Under the pieces are notes generated by a model that saw only the letters and a list, made by a program, of their open reading frames with translations, was not told the DNA's origin and did not search any database. A program made the position numbers and the translations under genes. From an uncultured Pseudomonadota bacterium (lineage in GTDB: Bacteria; Pseudomonadota; Gammaproteobacteria; Burkholderiales; JALYOK01): a stretch of DNA of 64,000 nt. Where the stretch lies: contig CADEHE010000009.1 in assembly GCA_902826775.1 (NCBI GenBank), forward strand, positions 107,726-171,725. Direction: 5' to 3'. Shown piece by piece: positions 47,801-58,400 of the stretch. Each line of letters opens with the position of its first letter. Position 1 is the stretch's first letter.

Positions 47801-49395
47801 AGAGCATTGACGTTCACCGGCCGCGGCGAATGTTTCTTACTCGTCACCGGATCTTCGTAGCGGTGGTTGCCCGAGAGATGCACGAGTTCGAAGCGATCGA
47901 ATTCGTCTAGCGGCATGCGCCACGGCGAGGATAGATCGTGCTCCGGATGCTGCGTAATGTCGGTGTAGTCCGGATTGAAAGGACCACCGCTGCGCGGATC
48001 AAAGCGTAGCCAGATAGCGCGCACGGTCTTATTGATGACCGGTGCTTCCTCGACGACTTGTTGGGTTTGCGGGCCGTCCGGCGTCGGCACGGTTCTTTCG
48101 ATGAGCGTGCCCATGCGCGTGTGCCATAGCTCGGTGCGCCCGCTCACCGCTGAAGTGAGTGGCTGCGTCGCATGCACCCAGCGCGCGTATCGATTGGGCG
48201 AAATCATTAAACGAAACGGCAGCTCCAAACTGGTTTCGTTGGCGCGCGGTGCGGCCAAGCGCGGTGGTTGCCCTAGTACGACAGTGGCACTGGCGCTAAC
48301 TTGCGTCGCGCTGACCAGGTTGGAACTGAACGTGTCGACCCAGATGCGGTCCGCGCTTAGGCGCGTGGCGGCCCGACGTTGTGCGACTTTGCGCCGGTTG
48401 GGGGCTTGCGGCGTCTGTACCAACTCGCTGGACAGCGCAAGCTGCAAGGGCAGGGCGGCGGTGCGGCGCTGCAGCACGCTCGCGCGCAGCGCCGCGAGCG
48501 TGACTTGCGCCGCTTGCGCGCGGTCGAGTTGCGCGCTGGAGACGATGTCCTTGGCGCTGACCCAGATGTCGGCAAACTCGATGCGCAGTGTAGTTGCTGG
48601 CGGGGTGGCGGAGGCGACGACCTTCAGTTCGAAATCGCGGCATGCGGCGAGAATCGCGTCGAGACGATAGTCGATCTGCGCGTCTTCGGGCACGCGAAAC
48701 ACCAAACGCGACTCGCCCGCGATGCGCGCGCGCAATGGCCGCGCCGGCAACGGCGTAACCTGGCCTGGATTGCTGGCGTCGGGATCGTTGAACTGCGGCG
48801 GTTGCCCAGGCGGCGGCTGCGGAAAGGCGTAGCCTTCGGCGTCCGCCGCGGTCTCAAACACCGCTTCCTCGCCGATATTCTGTGGCGGGAAATGCAGCAC
48901 GATGCACGCTTCGCCGGCTTGCGCGCGCTGCAGCTTCGGCGGGCTGCCTGCAGGCACGAGGTTGATCAGCTCGATGCGCAGCGCGAGTAGATCGTCCGGA
49001 CGCACCACGGCTGTGCCGGTGCGCCGTGGCGGGCGCGGCGTGACGGCTAACGGCGGGTCGAAGCCTTCGAAAGCGACCGGGCGCTCCGGCCGAATCGATG
49101 GCCCGGCCGCGGCGATGTTCGATGCCGTCGCGGCGGCGGCAGGCACACCGGGCGCAGAGCCAAGCGAAATAGCATGCGGGCGTCGAGCGGACGGGATCAG
49201 TTTCCGCTTGGTGCCCGGCTTGGACGCGGGCGCTTTGGCCGCTGTGCGCGTGCGGTCAACGGCGCGCACGCCTTTGTTCTCAGCTTGAGATTCTCCGCGC
49301 AGTCTCGCGCGCGGCGTCCTGCCGACGAGTTTCGCGGCAGCGCGCTTGCGGGTGCTGGCGGGGCGGCGCTTCGCTGTCTGCTTGGCCATAGACAT
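44890..49395 (-). CDS. giant hypothetical protein (1501 aa) with Lys/Arg/Ala/Pro-rich N-terminal tail
   Basis: N-terminal ~80 aa are histone-H1-like and basic (AKQTAKRRPASTRKRAAAK...); the rest is globular or beta-rich; no family recognised. Confidence 0.6.
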   Translation of the reverse strand: MSMAKQTAKRRPASTRKRAAAKLVGRTPRARLRGESQAENKGVRAVDRTRTAAKAPASKPGTKRKLIPSARRPHAISLGSAPGVPAAAATASNIAAAGPSIRPERPVAFEGFDPPLAVTPRPPRRTGTAVVRPDDLLALRIELINLVPAGSPPKLQRAQAGEACIVLHFPPQNIGEEAVFETAADAEGYAFPQPPPGQPPQFNDPDASNPGQVTPLPARPLRARIAGESRLVFRVPEDAQIDYRLDAILAACRDFELKVVASATPPATTLRIEFADIWVSAKDIVSSAQLDRAQAAQVTLAALRASVLQRRTAALPLQLALSSELVQTPQAPNRRKVAQRRAATRLSADRIWVDTFSSNLVSATQVSASATVVLGQPPRLAAPRANETSLELPFRLMISPNRYARWVHATQPLTSAVSGRTELWHTRMGTLIERTVPTPDGPQTQQVVEEAPVINKTVRAIWLRFDPRSGGPFNPDYTDITQHPEHDLSSPWRMPLDEFDRFELVHLSGNHRYEDPVTSKKHSPRPVNVNALMLTSLGAWFDARGTWQPPASLSVQEWVHGATQARDHYVKVVYKGVLFPFGHRASLVKVTERKFHFAEPGTPAILRQRMYIIVREPLRTFAHDADAEKWNDGAAPDPLRYHRQFPFVSVQLLTTVTPNLDPPESADITQGGQSLFRPFVLGKPLPFDIVAVDLEGRRVQFALPLVFIDNVKLNTPGGVEQAATFYTTNTPVFTERRTAQLNGQKLAYAPPRSPGDTACDTHALVFNAFTKNLGAYPDSKDPIKFYPFIEATGACIPAAQHLTGSSAPSFMRYYKPYLTRATPFGGGSNDNEVFLEVTGGDSKLDFSKQGDKSGGFVQPNLTPKALSRTLGPISSSTPANLDEMAAGKFNPKEFFSTLSPKLFGVINLWDIVVEVAGLDSSDGLKKFPKFISEAATQIENFVGDLQKLLGDVDGLKALIGEMIAQALQRAVAALRDVVAQEIKNLTANAQNNLTAVNQALANLNTKLDQVIAAAGTLLDNPAALAQQVSDLQALISAVRQTVSDANAPGLPVFNRQSITSKLDALQSALGTFAQLPPLAGAAQPLALRLADLILDPGNFSKLLSDSAFANVQLPLLKTDIDNFAVALKPAQLLEGALKDNLLHLCEALSALLAALPQFLDALFGEEIKVRLEWVPEIKPWPKADPLFVPHDKRAFVLAAEARVKKTGGAPKGQVSCALSNFSLVLIGQENGFIEIDFERIGFSVDAGAKMNVDVLLRDIRFIGVLSFVETLRDLIPLDGFSDPPSLDISERGIDANFSMALPGIAVGMFSLQNLSLGAGFTVPFIGEPLSVRFFFCERHKPFLLTVTLFGGGGFFGITLDPGGVQVLEAAFEFGASISVDLGVASGGVHVMAGVYFRMEQDEASLTGYFRLGGYVDVLGLISASIELYLELRYEFASGKCVGRAQLTIEIEIFMFSMSVTVSAERKFAGSNGDPTFVALVGPSVGQSVAESPWATYCEAFA

Positions 49396-49880
49396 CCTTT
49401 CGCGCGCGCAAGCGCTACGCTTACGCTTGCTCGAATATCGAGCTGAGACTTCAGTAGATACCGCCCGAGCGAGGATGGCGTCCCACGCTAGAAGGCAAGG
49501 CGGGAGAGAAAGTGCGGCGAAACAACGGCGTCACGTAGCAGTCAGTGCCCATTGTCGTGCAACTGAGTGTAGCATGAGCTGGGCGAGTTCGATGCGGTAT
49601 TACTGCCGGGAAATCGATGGGATGCGGCGCGGTTCATGCGTGATGACCGCGTGCGGAACAAAAACCACGGTACAGCGCTAAAGGTTTTGGCGGCTTCGTG
49701 GGATATCCATTCTTCCGCCTCACGTCGATGCGCGAGAAACTACAAGTCTCGCTGCGAATTCGATAGCAGTTTTCGGCGCTTGCCCGATGCGCTTGGTAGA
49801 GGAGGATCTGCACGGGTAAAGTTGGAGTTTTTATTGTTGATGGTCGATCAAAGCACGCAGAGAGGAGGAGCGGTGGGCAG

Positions 49881-50855
49881 GTGGCAAACTTCATGACTCG
49901 GTTTGTATTTCTCGTCGCCTGGATCACTGGCGCAGTCTTTGTGCCGTTGACGTGGGCCGGTCCAGTGGAGGACGGGATGACTGCGTACTCCCGCGGCGAC
50001 TTCAAGACGGCTTACCGCTTGCTCAGCGGTCCGGCTGAAGCGGGCGACGCCCGTGCGCAGCACTATATGGGCGCGCTAGCTCAGGCAGGCCACGGTAAAG
50101 GGGCCGCGCGCTGGTTTGAGCGAGCAATCGCGCAGGGGCATGCCGATAGCCTTGTCGCAATGGGGTATATCGTGTTGCAAGGCAAAGAACGCCGGCGCGA
50201 TGTCGACGAGGCGTTTCGTTGGTTCAAGATGGGTGCGGAGCGCGGCAGCAGCCAAGGACTTCTCAATCTGTCACGACACTACGAAGCGGGCCTCTTGGTC
50301 CCGCAGGATCGAGCGCGAGCTGCCGAGCTGCGACAGCGTGCGATACGCGCGGGTAACCCCGACGCTCAGCGTCTAACGACGCGCGCCGCAATTAACGACG
50401 ATGTTGCTTACTGGTGGCGGATGTTTGGGCGCAGCGAAGAGGCGTTTGCGCAACGGCTGCGCAACGCTCAGGCCGGTGATGCCGTTGCCAAAGGCAAGGT
50501 ATCGATTCACTACCGTGTCGGTCTAGGCGTGCGGAAAAACAAGGCCGAGGCCTTGCGCTGGGCTCGGGCGGGAGCCGAGCAAGGCGATAGCGAATCCCTG
50601 TATAGCCTTGGGTTGCACTACTACAACGGTTGGGGCGTTGTAGCCAATCGATCGGCCGCGCTTGATTGGTTTCGACGGGCACAGGCAAAAGCGCATCCTT
50701 ACGCAGCAAACGCTGTGGCTTTGCTCACTGCGCCGCCGCTTCGTGCCGGAGGCAACCCGGACAACACAGCGTTGGAAATCTACATGCAGTCGCGGCGTGA
50801 CCACTGTTTCTTGATCGGCGCTACGGGCGCTGATCTAAACGGCAGTTGCTACTGA
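49881..50855 (+). CDS. Sel1-like repeat (SLR/TPR) protein with signal peptide
   Basis: Repeated A..G...AQ..LG..Y motifs; hydrophobic N-terminus. Confidence 0.65.
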   Translation: MANFMTRFVFLVAWITGAVFVPLTWAGPVEDGMTAYSRGDFKTAYRLLSGPAEAGDARAQHYMGALAQAGHGKGAARWFERAIAQGHADSLVAMGYIVLQGKERRRDVDEAFRWFKMGAERGSSQGLLNLSRHYEAGLLVPQDRARAAELRQRAIRAGNPDAQRLTTRAAINDDVAYWWRMFGRSEEAFAQRLRNAQAGDAVAKGKVSIHYRVGLGVRKNKAEALRWARAGAEQGDSESLYSLGLHYYNGWGVVANRSAALDWFRRAQAKAHPYAANAVALLTAPPLRAGGNPDNTALEIYMQSRRDHCFLIGATGADLNGSCY

Positions 50856-51156
50856 TTCTCCACGGTCTGCCCACCTATCGCTATGAGAGCGAACACTCCA
50901 ACGCTCCTGCGTGAAAGTTTGTTGGTGCGGCGGCACGGCGCGGTTTCGCGTTAAACATCAATTCTCGATCCAGGCGCCTCACCAGAATACGCTGGCAAGC
51001 ACGGCCGCTGTTCCGCGCCTGCGGCAGCGAGCGGCTCTCCACGTGCACATTCGGGATGCAGTATCGTGCGCAAGTGCGCCGCACGAGCCTGCCGTGTGTC
51101 GCATAAGTCTGGTGATCGGGCGCTACGTTGCCTCATCTGCCCAGGTAGTTGGAAGT

Positions 51157-52173
51157 CTATGCGGCGTGCCGTTGCAACTTCTGCTCAGCGCGTTTACCCA
51201 GCAAATCGTACCAATTGAAGAAATGTGGCGGCGCGGTCACGATTTCGGCGTGCACCGATCGGCACAAGGCGTAGAAATCCGCCAATGACGCCGTGCGCCA
51301 TTGCTGCAACAGAGCGCCCATCGGGGCGTGCCGCAAATTGCCGATCGAAAATTGATGCGCAAAGCCATATTGAATCGGACTGACCCGCGCATCCGCTTCG
51401 ATCACGAGCGGTGAAACCAAATCTGCAAAAGCACGCTCGGCCAAGGCGACATTGTCGTCGGCATACACGAGTTCGGGATGCTGTTTGACGTTTTCGCTGT
51501 ACGCGATATCGACTTGTACTTTGATGCCGCCCCCATCTTGTTCCAGTTGGCGCCCTAAGAACCAGGCATAGGCGCTTTCATTGGCGTCGGGCGTTTTGCC
51601 GCTCATGCGGTGCGCGGCATTGCCGACCTCTTCCAGGGGGTGGATTTGCAGCAGTTGCGCGCCTTCGGTGACAGCGAATTCCTTAACCCAATCCAGCTCG
51701 TCGAGATTGTGTTGTGTCAGCGTAAAGATGAAGCCGAAGTTCAGCCCAGCTGCGCGCACGGCAGCCAATCTCGACTGCATGGCATCGAACGCCAGCGCGT
51801 TGCCACGCATGCGGTTGTGCGATGCCGGCACGCCGTCAATGCTGATAGCCAGTACGTCCACGGTGTCGCGCAAACGTTCGATATTGCGCGCCGTAAGCAG
51901 CATGCCATTGGTAGTGACTGTAGTGCGCATGCCGCAAACGCGCGCATGCTGCAGCAACTCGCGCAGCGGCGCGTAGAGAAGGGGTTCGCCCCCCGAGAGG
52001 CTCACCGTGTTGTAGCCTTCCGCCGCGGCTGCCGACACCGCTTCGCAAAGCAAATCGATCTCAAGGGCGCCTCGCTCGCGCGGCGAGGACTGAGAGTAGC
52101 AATGGAGACAACTTAGATTGCATTTTCGTGTTGGGTGAATCTGCACGATACGCGCTGTGCCTGTTGCCCCCAT
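51157..52173 (-). CDS. radical SAM protein (no SPASM/auxiliary cluster region evident)
   Basis: CNLSCLHCY (CxxxCxxC) at residues 18-26 and GGEPLL SAM motif; no further Cys-rich region. Confidence 0.7.
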   Translation of the reverse strand: MGATGTARIVQIHPTRKCNLSCLHCYSQSSPRERGALEIDLLCEAVSAAAAEGYNTVSLSGGEPLLYAPLRELLQHARVCGMRTTVTTNGMLLTARNIERLRDTVDVLAISIDGVPASHNRMRGNALAFDAMQSRLAAVRAAGLNFGFIFTLTQHNLDELDWVKEFAVTEGAQLLQIHPLEEVGNAAHRMSGKTPDANESAYAWFLGRQLEQDGGGIKVQVDIAYSENVKQHPELVYADDNVALAERAFADLVSPLVIEADARVSPIQYGFAHQFSIGNLRHAPMGALLQQWRTASLADFYALCRSVHAEIVTAPPHFFNWYDLLGKRAEQKLQRHAA

Positions 52174-52193
52174 TGCCGTTCTCCTGGTGTGCC

Positions 52194-52403
52194 TTAGAAG
52201 CCGAAGCCGCCGGATTGAATGTCGACCGGCACTTGCGGCTGCTGCACCATGCGGAAGATGTCGGCAGGAATGCCGCGAATCATCCAGGTTTGCAGCAAGC
52301 CCGAATAGCCGCCCGCGACCGCACCGATTTCTTCCGGCGTCAGGCTAGCGATGGTCTGGCATTTCTCTTTCAGTTTCTCGGAACCGCAAATTTCGTGTGA
52401 CAT
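52194..52403 (-). CDS. small ORF (69 aa) immediately upstream of the radical SAM gene; candidate precursor peptide
   Basis: MSHEICGSEKLKEKCQ...GAVAGGYSGLLQTWMIRGIPADIFRMVQQPQVPVDIQSGGFGF; SD-like GGAG lies 6 nt upstream of the second ATG; 20 nt gap to the rSAM start. Confidence 0.35.
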   Translation of the reverse strand: MSHEICGSEKLKEKCQTIASLTPEEIGAVAGGYSGLLQTWMIRGIPADIFRMVQQPQVPVDIQSGGFGF

Positions 52404-52693
52404 GTGGATCTCCATGTTGGACGTATGAGTGAACTGCCGAGCGTTTGTGGTCGGTGTGTCAACAAGCGCGCGGTTAAGTGCAATGTAGGTGCGCCGGCAA
52501 ATGCTGCTTGCCAACTATTGCCGTGCGGGGATGTGAACAAATTACCTGCAAGCCTTGCGCGAACGTGCGATGTGCGCGGTCGACGGAGAGAGTGCCAACC
52601 GAAATTCTGCGTGCGGTGCGTAGCCGTGTTAGATTGCGCGGCCGGCCAAGGATCTGCGCCAGCGGCTCATGACCAACATCTCAGAGTAACGCC

Positions 52694-53593
52694 TTGACTC
52701 ATCGCACCGCCCTTGTGCTCATTGTCGTCGCTACGCTCTTGTGGAGTATGGCGGGGGTGGTATCACGCCTGCTGCACCACAGCGCGGGATTCGAGATGGT
52801 CGTCTGGCGCAGTGCCGTCGCGGCGCTGACGGTGCTTCTATTGCTAAGAGTGTCTCAGGGCACGGCTTGGCTTGGGCACGTGCGCACGGGCGGTGCGGCG
52901 TTGTGGATCTCCGGGCTGTGCTGGGCGGTCATGTATACGTGCTTCATGCTCGCGCTTACGCTGACTGCGGTGGCGAACGTGCTGATCGTGCAAAGCCTGG
53001 GGCCGATCTTCACTGCGCTCATGGTCTGGCTGCTGCTCAGGCGCCGCTTGGCGCTGCGCACCTGGGTCGCGCTGGTGATCGCCGCAGCGGGGATGGCGAT
53101 CATGTACTTGGGCGATGTGAGCGAGCTGAGCGGTCGTCACGCCCTCGGCATTTTGGTCGCGCTGTGCATTCCCCTCGCCTCAGCGGTTAACCTCGTAGTG
53201 CTGCAAAGATCCGGGCAAGCGGTTGATCTGCGTGCCGCCGTAATGCTCGGAGCGGTCATGTCGGTGTTGATCGCCTTGCCGCTGGCCTGGCCATTGCGGG
53301 CGGATGCACACGACGTGATGTGGCTGTCGTTTTTGGGCGTATTCCAGCTGGGCATTCCCTGCGTGCTGTTGGTGCTCGCAGCACGCAAGCTGGCCGCTCA
53401 TGAACTCGCGCTGTTGGCGTTGCTCGAAGTGGTGTTCGGCGTGGCCTGGGCTTGGTTGTTTGCTGGCGAAGCGCCAGGCGCGATGACGCTACTCGGCGGG
53501 GCACTGGTCATTGCAGTGTTGGTCGCGCACGAGCTGTGGGGCGCCGCCGCGCCGACGGGTCGTTCCGTAGCGGGTGTGGTGTCCCACAAATAG
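52694..53593 (+). CDS. EamA/DMT family transporter
   Basis: 10-TM profile with two EamA repeats. Confidence 0.7.
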   Translation: MTHRTALVLIVVATLLWSMAGVVSRLLHHSAGFEMVVWRSAVAALTVLLLLRVSQGTAWLGHVRTGGAALWISGLCWAVMYTCFMLALTLTAVANVLIVQSLGPIFTALMVWLLLRRRLALRTWVALVIAAAGMAIMYLGDVSELSGRHALGILVALCIPLASAVNLVVLQRSGQAVDLRAAVMLGAVMSVLIALPLAWPLRADAHDVMWLSFLGVFQLGIPCVLLVLAARKLAAHELALLALLEVVFGVAWAWLFAGEAPGAMTLLGGALVIAVLVAHELWGAAAPTGRSVAGVVSHK

Positions 53594-53675
53594 CTGGCCC
53601 AATTCCAGAGGCTGCAAATGCGCGTGCTAAAAGCGTAATGCATGAGACTACCTCGGTAGTTCGTGGGGCATTACG

Positions 53676-54425
53676 CTAGAGGTTCTCGATATAGTTCCGA
53701 TTCCAAGTCGGGCTGATAATGATCTGGTTGATGCATACCTGCGGCGGCAGCTCAGCGACGAAGCGGATGGTCGCGCCGAGGTCACCGGGTTGCAGCATGC
53801 GCGCGCGGTCTGCGGCACTCGGCGGCACCGGACGGCGGTCCAGGATCGGGGTGGCGACTTCTGCCGGGCAGAGCGCGCACGCGCGTATGCCATTGGCACA
53901 CTCTTCCATGTTGATGGTTTCGGTCATGGCGGTGACGGCGTGCTTGCTGGCGTTGTAGGCCGCGCCGGTCAACTTAGGGTGAAACACGCCGGCCCAAGAT
54001 GAAATGTTGATGATCAAACCGTCTTTGTTCTTGCGCATCGACGGCAGTACCGCGTGTATCGTGTAAAACGAGCCGTCCAAGTTAATGCCGACCACTTCGC
54101 GCCAGCCCTGCGTGGTCTGATTGTTCCAATACCGATTCGGGTTATTCAGCCCGGCGCTATTGACGAGGATGTCGATGCGTCCGTGGTGCTCCAGGATGCG
54201 CTCAGCGCATTGTTGCACTGCGGCTGCGTCGGCGACGTCCAGTGCAAGCGCCTCGGCCACACCGCCCAGGGCGCAGATTTTCTGCGCCTCCGCTTGCAGA
54301 ATATCGGCGCGGCGGCCCGACATGACGACACTCGCACCGGCCTGCGCCAATGCTTGCGCGCCCGCCAGCCCGATGCCGCTGCCGGCACCGGTGATCCAAG
54401 CGATGTTGCCTTTAAGTCTGCTCAT
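53676..54425 (-). CDS. SDR family oxidoreductase
   Basis: TGAGSGIG Rossmann motif and YxxxK catalytic motif. Confidence 0.8.
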   Translation of the reverse strand: MSRLKGNIAWITGAGSGIGLAGAQALAQAGASVVMSGRRADILQAEAQKICALGGVAEALALDVADAAAVQQCAERILEHHGRIDILVNSAGLNNPNRYWNNQTTQGWREVVGINLDGSFYTIHAVLPSMRKNKDGLIINISSWAGVFHPKLTGAAYNASKHAVTAMTETINMEECANGIRACALCPAEVATPILDRRPVPPSAADRARMLQPGDLGATIRFVAELPPQVCINQIIISPTWNRNYIENL

Positions 54426-54444
54426 GAGTGCGAATCCAGAGTGA

Positions 54445-55305
54445 TTAACCGGTGGCGACGCCGTGCTGCTTGAACCAGCTCAGCATGCGCTGCCAGCCCG
54501 CTTCGGCGGCTTGCTTGTCGTAGCTGTTGCGATAGTCGGCGTGGAAGCCGTGCTGTGCTTGCGGGTAAACGACGATCTCGGCGGGTTTCTGCGCGGTTTG
54601 CAGCGCTGCGCGCATGGCATCGACATCCGCGAGCGGGATGCCTTGATCTTTGCCGCCATAGAGCCCGAGCACCGGCGCTTTAAGTTGTGCGGCGACGTCG
54701 ATGGGGTGCTTGGGTTGCGTAGCCGTCGCCGGCGATTTCAAGCGGCCGTACCACGCGACGCCGGCCTTTACGTTCTCATTGTGGGCACAATAGAGCCAGA
54801 CGATGCGTCCGCCGTAACAAAAGCCGGTGACTGCGATCTTGCTGACGTCGCCGTTGTTCGCCTCCGCCCAGCGGATGCAATTATCGAGATCTTTCATGAC
54901 TTGCGCGTCGGGCGCTTTCGCGACCACCTTATCGAGAATTTCCTTGATGTCGCTCATCTTGGAGACATCGCCGATGCGCGCGAACAATTCTGGGGCGATG
55001 GCGAGATAGCCTTGTTTGGCGAGCCGGCGGCAGATGTCCTTGATATGTTCGTGCACGCCGAAGATCTCTTGCACCACCAAGACTACCGGAAAGTTGCTTC
55101 CTTGCGCCGGCATAGCGCGATAAGCCGGCACGGAGTCGTAGCCAAAACTCACGTCTACTTCGCCCGCAGTCAATCCTTGCGCATCGGTGGTGATCGTCTC
55201 AGCCGATACCGGCAGCACTGCGAGCGCAAAACCGGCTGATAGTGCCGTCACGACGAAGTCGCGGCGTGACATTTCCGGCTGCAAGCTGGCGAGATCAGGA
55301 TGCAT
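54445..55305 (-). CDS. dienelactone hydrolase family protein with Tat signal
   Basis: Twin-arginine motif SRRDFV; DLH nucleophile region GFCYGG. Confidence 0.7.
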   Translation of the reverse strand: MHPDLASLQPEMSRRDFVVTALSAGFALAVLPVSAETITTDAQGLTAGEVDVSFGYDSVPAYRAMPAQGSNFPVVLVVQEIFGVHEHIKDICRRLAKQGYLAIAPELFARIGDVSKMSDIKEILDKVVAKAPDAQVMKDLDNCIRWAEANNGDVSKIAVTGFCYGGRIVWLYCAHNENVKAGVAWYGRLKSPATATQPKHPIDVAAQLKAPVLGLYGGKDQGIPLADVDAMRAALQTAQKPAEIVVYPQAQHGFHADYRNSYDKQAAEAGWQRMLSWFKQHGVATG

Positions 55306-55450
55306 CGCGGTTCTCCTTTACGGCGGGAGAGCTACTTTGCCATAGCCGCATGGGGCGCGGTTAGACTTATATACAGTCAATAGGATATTTGGGCGACTGA
55401 ATATTGAAGAGGGAAAACAAGAGAGACTTAATGCAGTATAAGAAAGGTGT

Positions 55451-58400
55451 TTATGCCAGCTGCTTGAACAGCAGCTTGATTGATTGGGCGCGCTGCAACG
55501 CGTTCTTGCCTGGCGCAAGCAGTTTGAGTTTGTCTGGGCCTGCAAGCTTGTATGTTTTGCCGTGCTGTTGAATCAGTCCAATGATGCGCTCGGCCGCCAC
55601 CGGAGGATTGGGGCGAAACTGAATGGTTGCCGCCTCGCCATGGGCGTCAATCTTGACGACGCCCAGCGGCGCGCCGAGCAAGCGCAAGCGATGCGTTTCG
55701 ATCAGAGTCTTGACCTGCTCCGGCGCTAAGCCGAAGCGGTCGATCAGTTCTTCTTCGAACGCATCGAGTTGTTCCAAGGTTTCGGCATTCGCAAGGCGCT
55801 TGTAAATGACTAGGCGCTCGTTGACGTTGCTGCAGTAGCTTTCCGGCAACAACGCAGGCGCGTGCAGATTAATTTCCGTGGTTACATTGAGCGGCTCTTC
55901 CATGCTCCAGTTTTCACCGCGTTTGAGTGCGCGCACCGCTTTATTTAGCATCTCGACGTACAAGCTGAAACCGACTTCTTGCATCTCGCCGCTCTGCGAT
56001 TCGCCCAGTACTTCGCCGGCGCCACGGATTTCCAGATCTTGCATCGCGAGAAAGAAGCCGGAACCCAGCTCTTCCATCATTTGGATCGCTTCCAGCCGCT
56101 TTTTCGCTTGCGCCGTGAGCGCTTCGTCCGGCGGGGTCAGCAAGTAGGCATAGGCTTGGTGATGCGAGCGTCCGACGCGGCCGCGCAATTGATGCAGTTG
56201 GGCGAGACCAAATTTGTCGGCGCGCTCGATAATGATCGTGTTCGCGGTCGGCACGTCGATGCCGGTTTCGATGATGGTCGAACACAGCAGTAAGTTGTAG
56301 CGCTGATGATAAAAGTCACGCATGATGTGCTCAAGCTCGCGCTCGCGCAGCTGGCCATGCGCCATTGCGATCCGTGCCTCGGGCAGCAATGCCGTTAGCT
56401 TCTGCATCATCACCGGCATGGTGGCCACGTCGTTGTAGAGGAAGAATACTTGGCCACCGCGCTTGAGTTCGCGCAGCACCGCCTCGCGCACCAGGCCGGC
56501 GCTGTACGGATGCACGAAAGTTTTGATCGCAAGGCGTTTCTGCGGCGAGGTGGCGATGACAGAGAAATCGCGCAGGCCTTCCAGCGCCATGCCCAGGGTG
56601 CGCGGAATCGGTGTCGCGGTAAGGGTGAGCACGTCGACCTCGGCGCGCAGTGCTTTCAGACGGTCTTTCTGGCGCACGCCGAAGCGGTGTTCTTCATCGA
56701 TGATGACAACGCCGAGGTTCTTGAACTTAACGTCGCGCTGTAGCAAGCGGTGCGTGCCGATGACGATGTCGATCTTGCCTTCGGCTAAACCTTGCAAAGC
56801 GGCGCTCTGCTCCTTGGCCGAGCGGAAACGCGATAGTTCCGCGATCTTGACCGGCCACTCGGCAAAGCGGTCGGAGAAATTCAGAAAGTGCTGCTCCGCC
56901 AGCAGTGTGGTGGGCACCAGGATAACGACTTGTGCGCTGGCGAACACGGCGACCGCAGCCGCGCGCATGGCCACCTCGGTTTTGCCGAAACCGACATCGC
57001 CACAAATGAGCCGATCCATCGCGCGGCCGGCGCGCATGTCGCCCAGCACGGCTTCGATGGCGGCGCGCTGATCCGGCGTTTCCTCGAATTCGAAGCCCGC
57101 GGCGAAGGTGTCATAGTCGTGCTGCTTGAACTCGAAGGCGTGCCCGGGGCGCGCGGCGCGCTGCGCATACAAATGCAGCAGCTCAGCTGCCGTGTCGCGC
57201 ACTTGTTCGGCAGCTTTGCGCTTGGCTTTTTCCCATTGTCCAGAGCCGAGTTTGGTCAACGGCGCCGCTTCCGGTGGCCCGCCGGCGTAGCGCGAAATGA
57301 CTGCCAACTGCGAGACCGGCACGTAGAGTTTGTCGCCGCCGGCGTACTCCAGCATCATGAATTCGGTTTGGCCCTCGCCGAGATCGAGGTTCACCAGACC
57401 CAGGAAGCGGCCGATGCCGTGTTGCACATGAACGACCGCGTCGCCGGCACGCACCTCGGCTAAGTCGCGCAGCAGGGTATCGGCGCTGGCGCGCCGCGCG
57501 TCGCGCTGGCGCGACTGCCGCACCTGCGCGGCGTACAGTTCGCTTTCCGTTACGATCGCGAGCTTCAGCGCCGGCAAGTCGAAGCCGTAAGCGATTGGCC
57601 CCGCGACAAGTCCGAGCGTGTGTACGTCGGCGTCGATGTCGTCGACAAATTCGCTTAGGGCACCGTAGACCTGAGCGCGTAGATCGTTCTGGCGCAGAAA
57701 CTCCAGCAGCGTTTCGCGCCGCCCAAGGCTTTCCGCCACGATCAGGATGCGCCCGCCGTGTTGCTCGTGCCATTCGCGCAGCTTGCGCAACGGATCGAGC
57801 GCGCGCCGGTCGACGCTGATATCGGGTAAGGCCAGCGTTGCGTGCTGGGCGGCGTGCTCCAGAACGGGGACAAGCGCGGTGCCATCGATTCCTGGTCCCA
57901 GCGGCAGCGATGGCAAATCGATGCGGCTGAACTGCCGCAGCCCGACGAAGAACGCCTCCTCAGATAAAAATAGCTCTTGCGGCGGCATAATCGGCCGCGA
58001 TAGATCCCCGCCGAGCAACTGATAGCGCGCACGCGTATCGCGCCAGAAGTCTTCAATCGCTTTGTGCACGCGGTGGTGCAGGCATACGCGTGCATCTTGC
58101 GGCAAATAGTCGAACAGCGTGGCGGTGGCCTGGAAAAACAGCGGTAGAAAGTATTCGATCCCCGCAGTTGGAATCCCTGCGCTGACATCCTTGTAGAGCT
58201 GACTCTTGGATGGATCGCCTTCGAACCTTTCGCGAAAATTCTGACGAAAAAGCTTGCGCGCCGCATCGTCGAACGGGAATTCCCGCGCAGGGAGCATGCG
58301 CACTTCGGGCACCGGAAACAGCGTGCGTTGGCTATCGGCGTCAAAGGTCTTGATGCTTTCAACGTCGTTGTCGAGCAAATCGATGCGGTAGGGAACGGCA

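Noticed and set aside
41000-49300. Numerous 60-230 aa ORFs on both strands inside the two giant genes
   Set aside because: All are nested within the uninterrupted ~1500-aa minus-strand frames and have GC-frame-artefact composition
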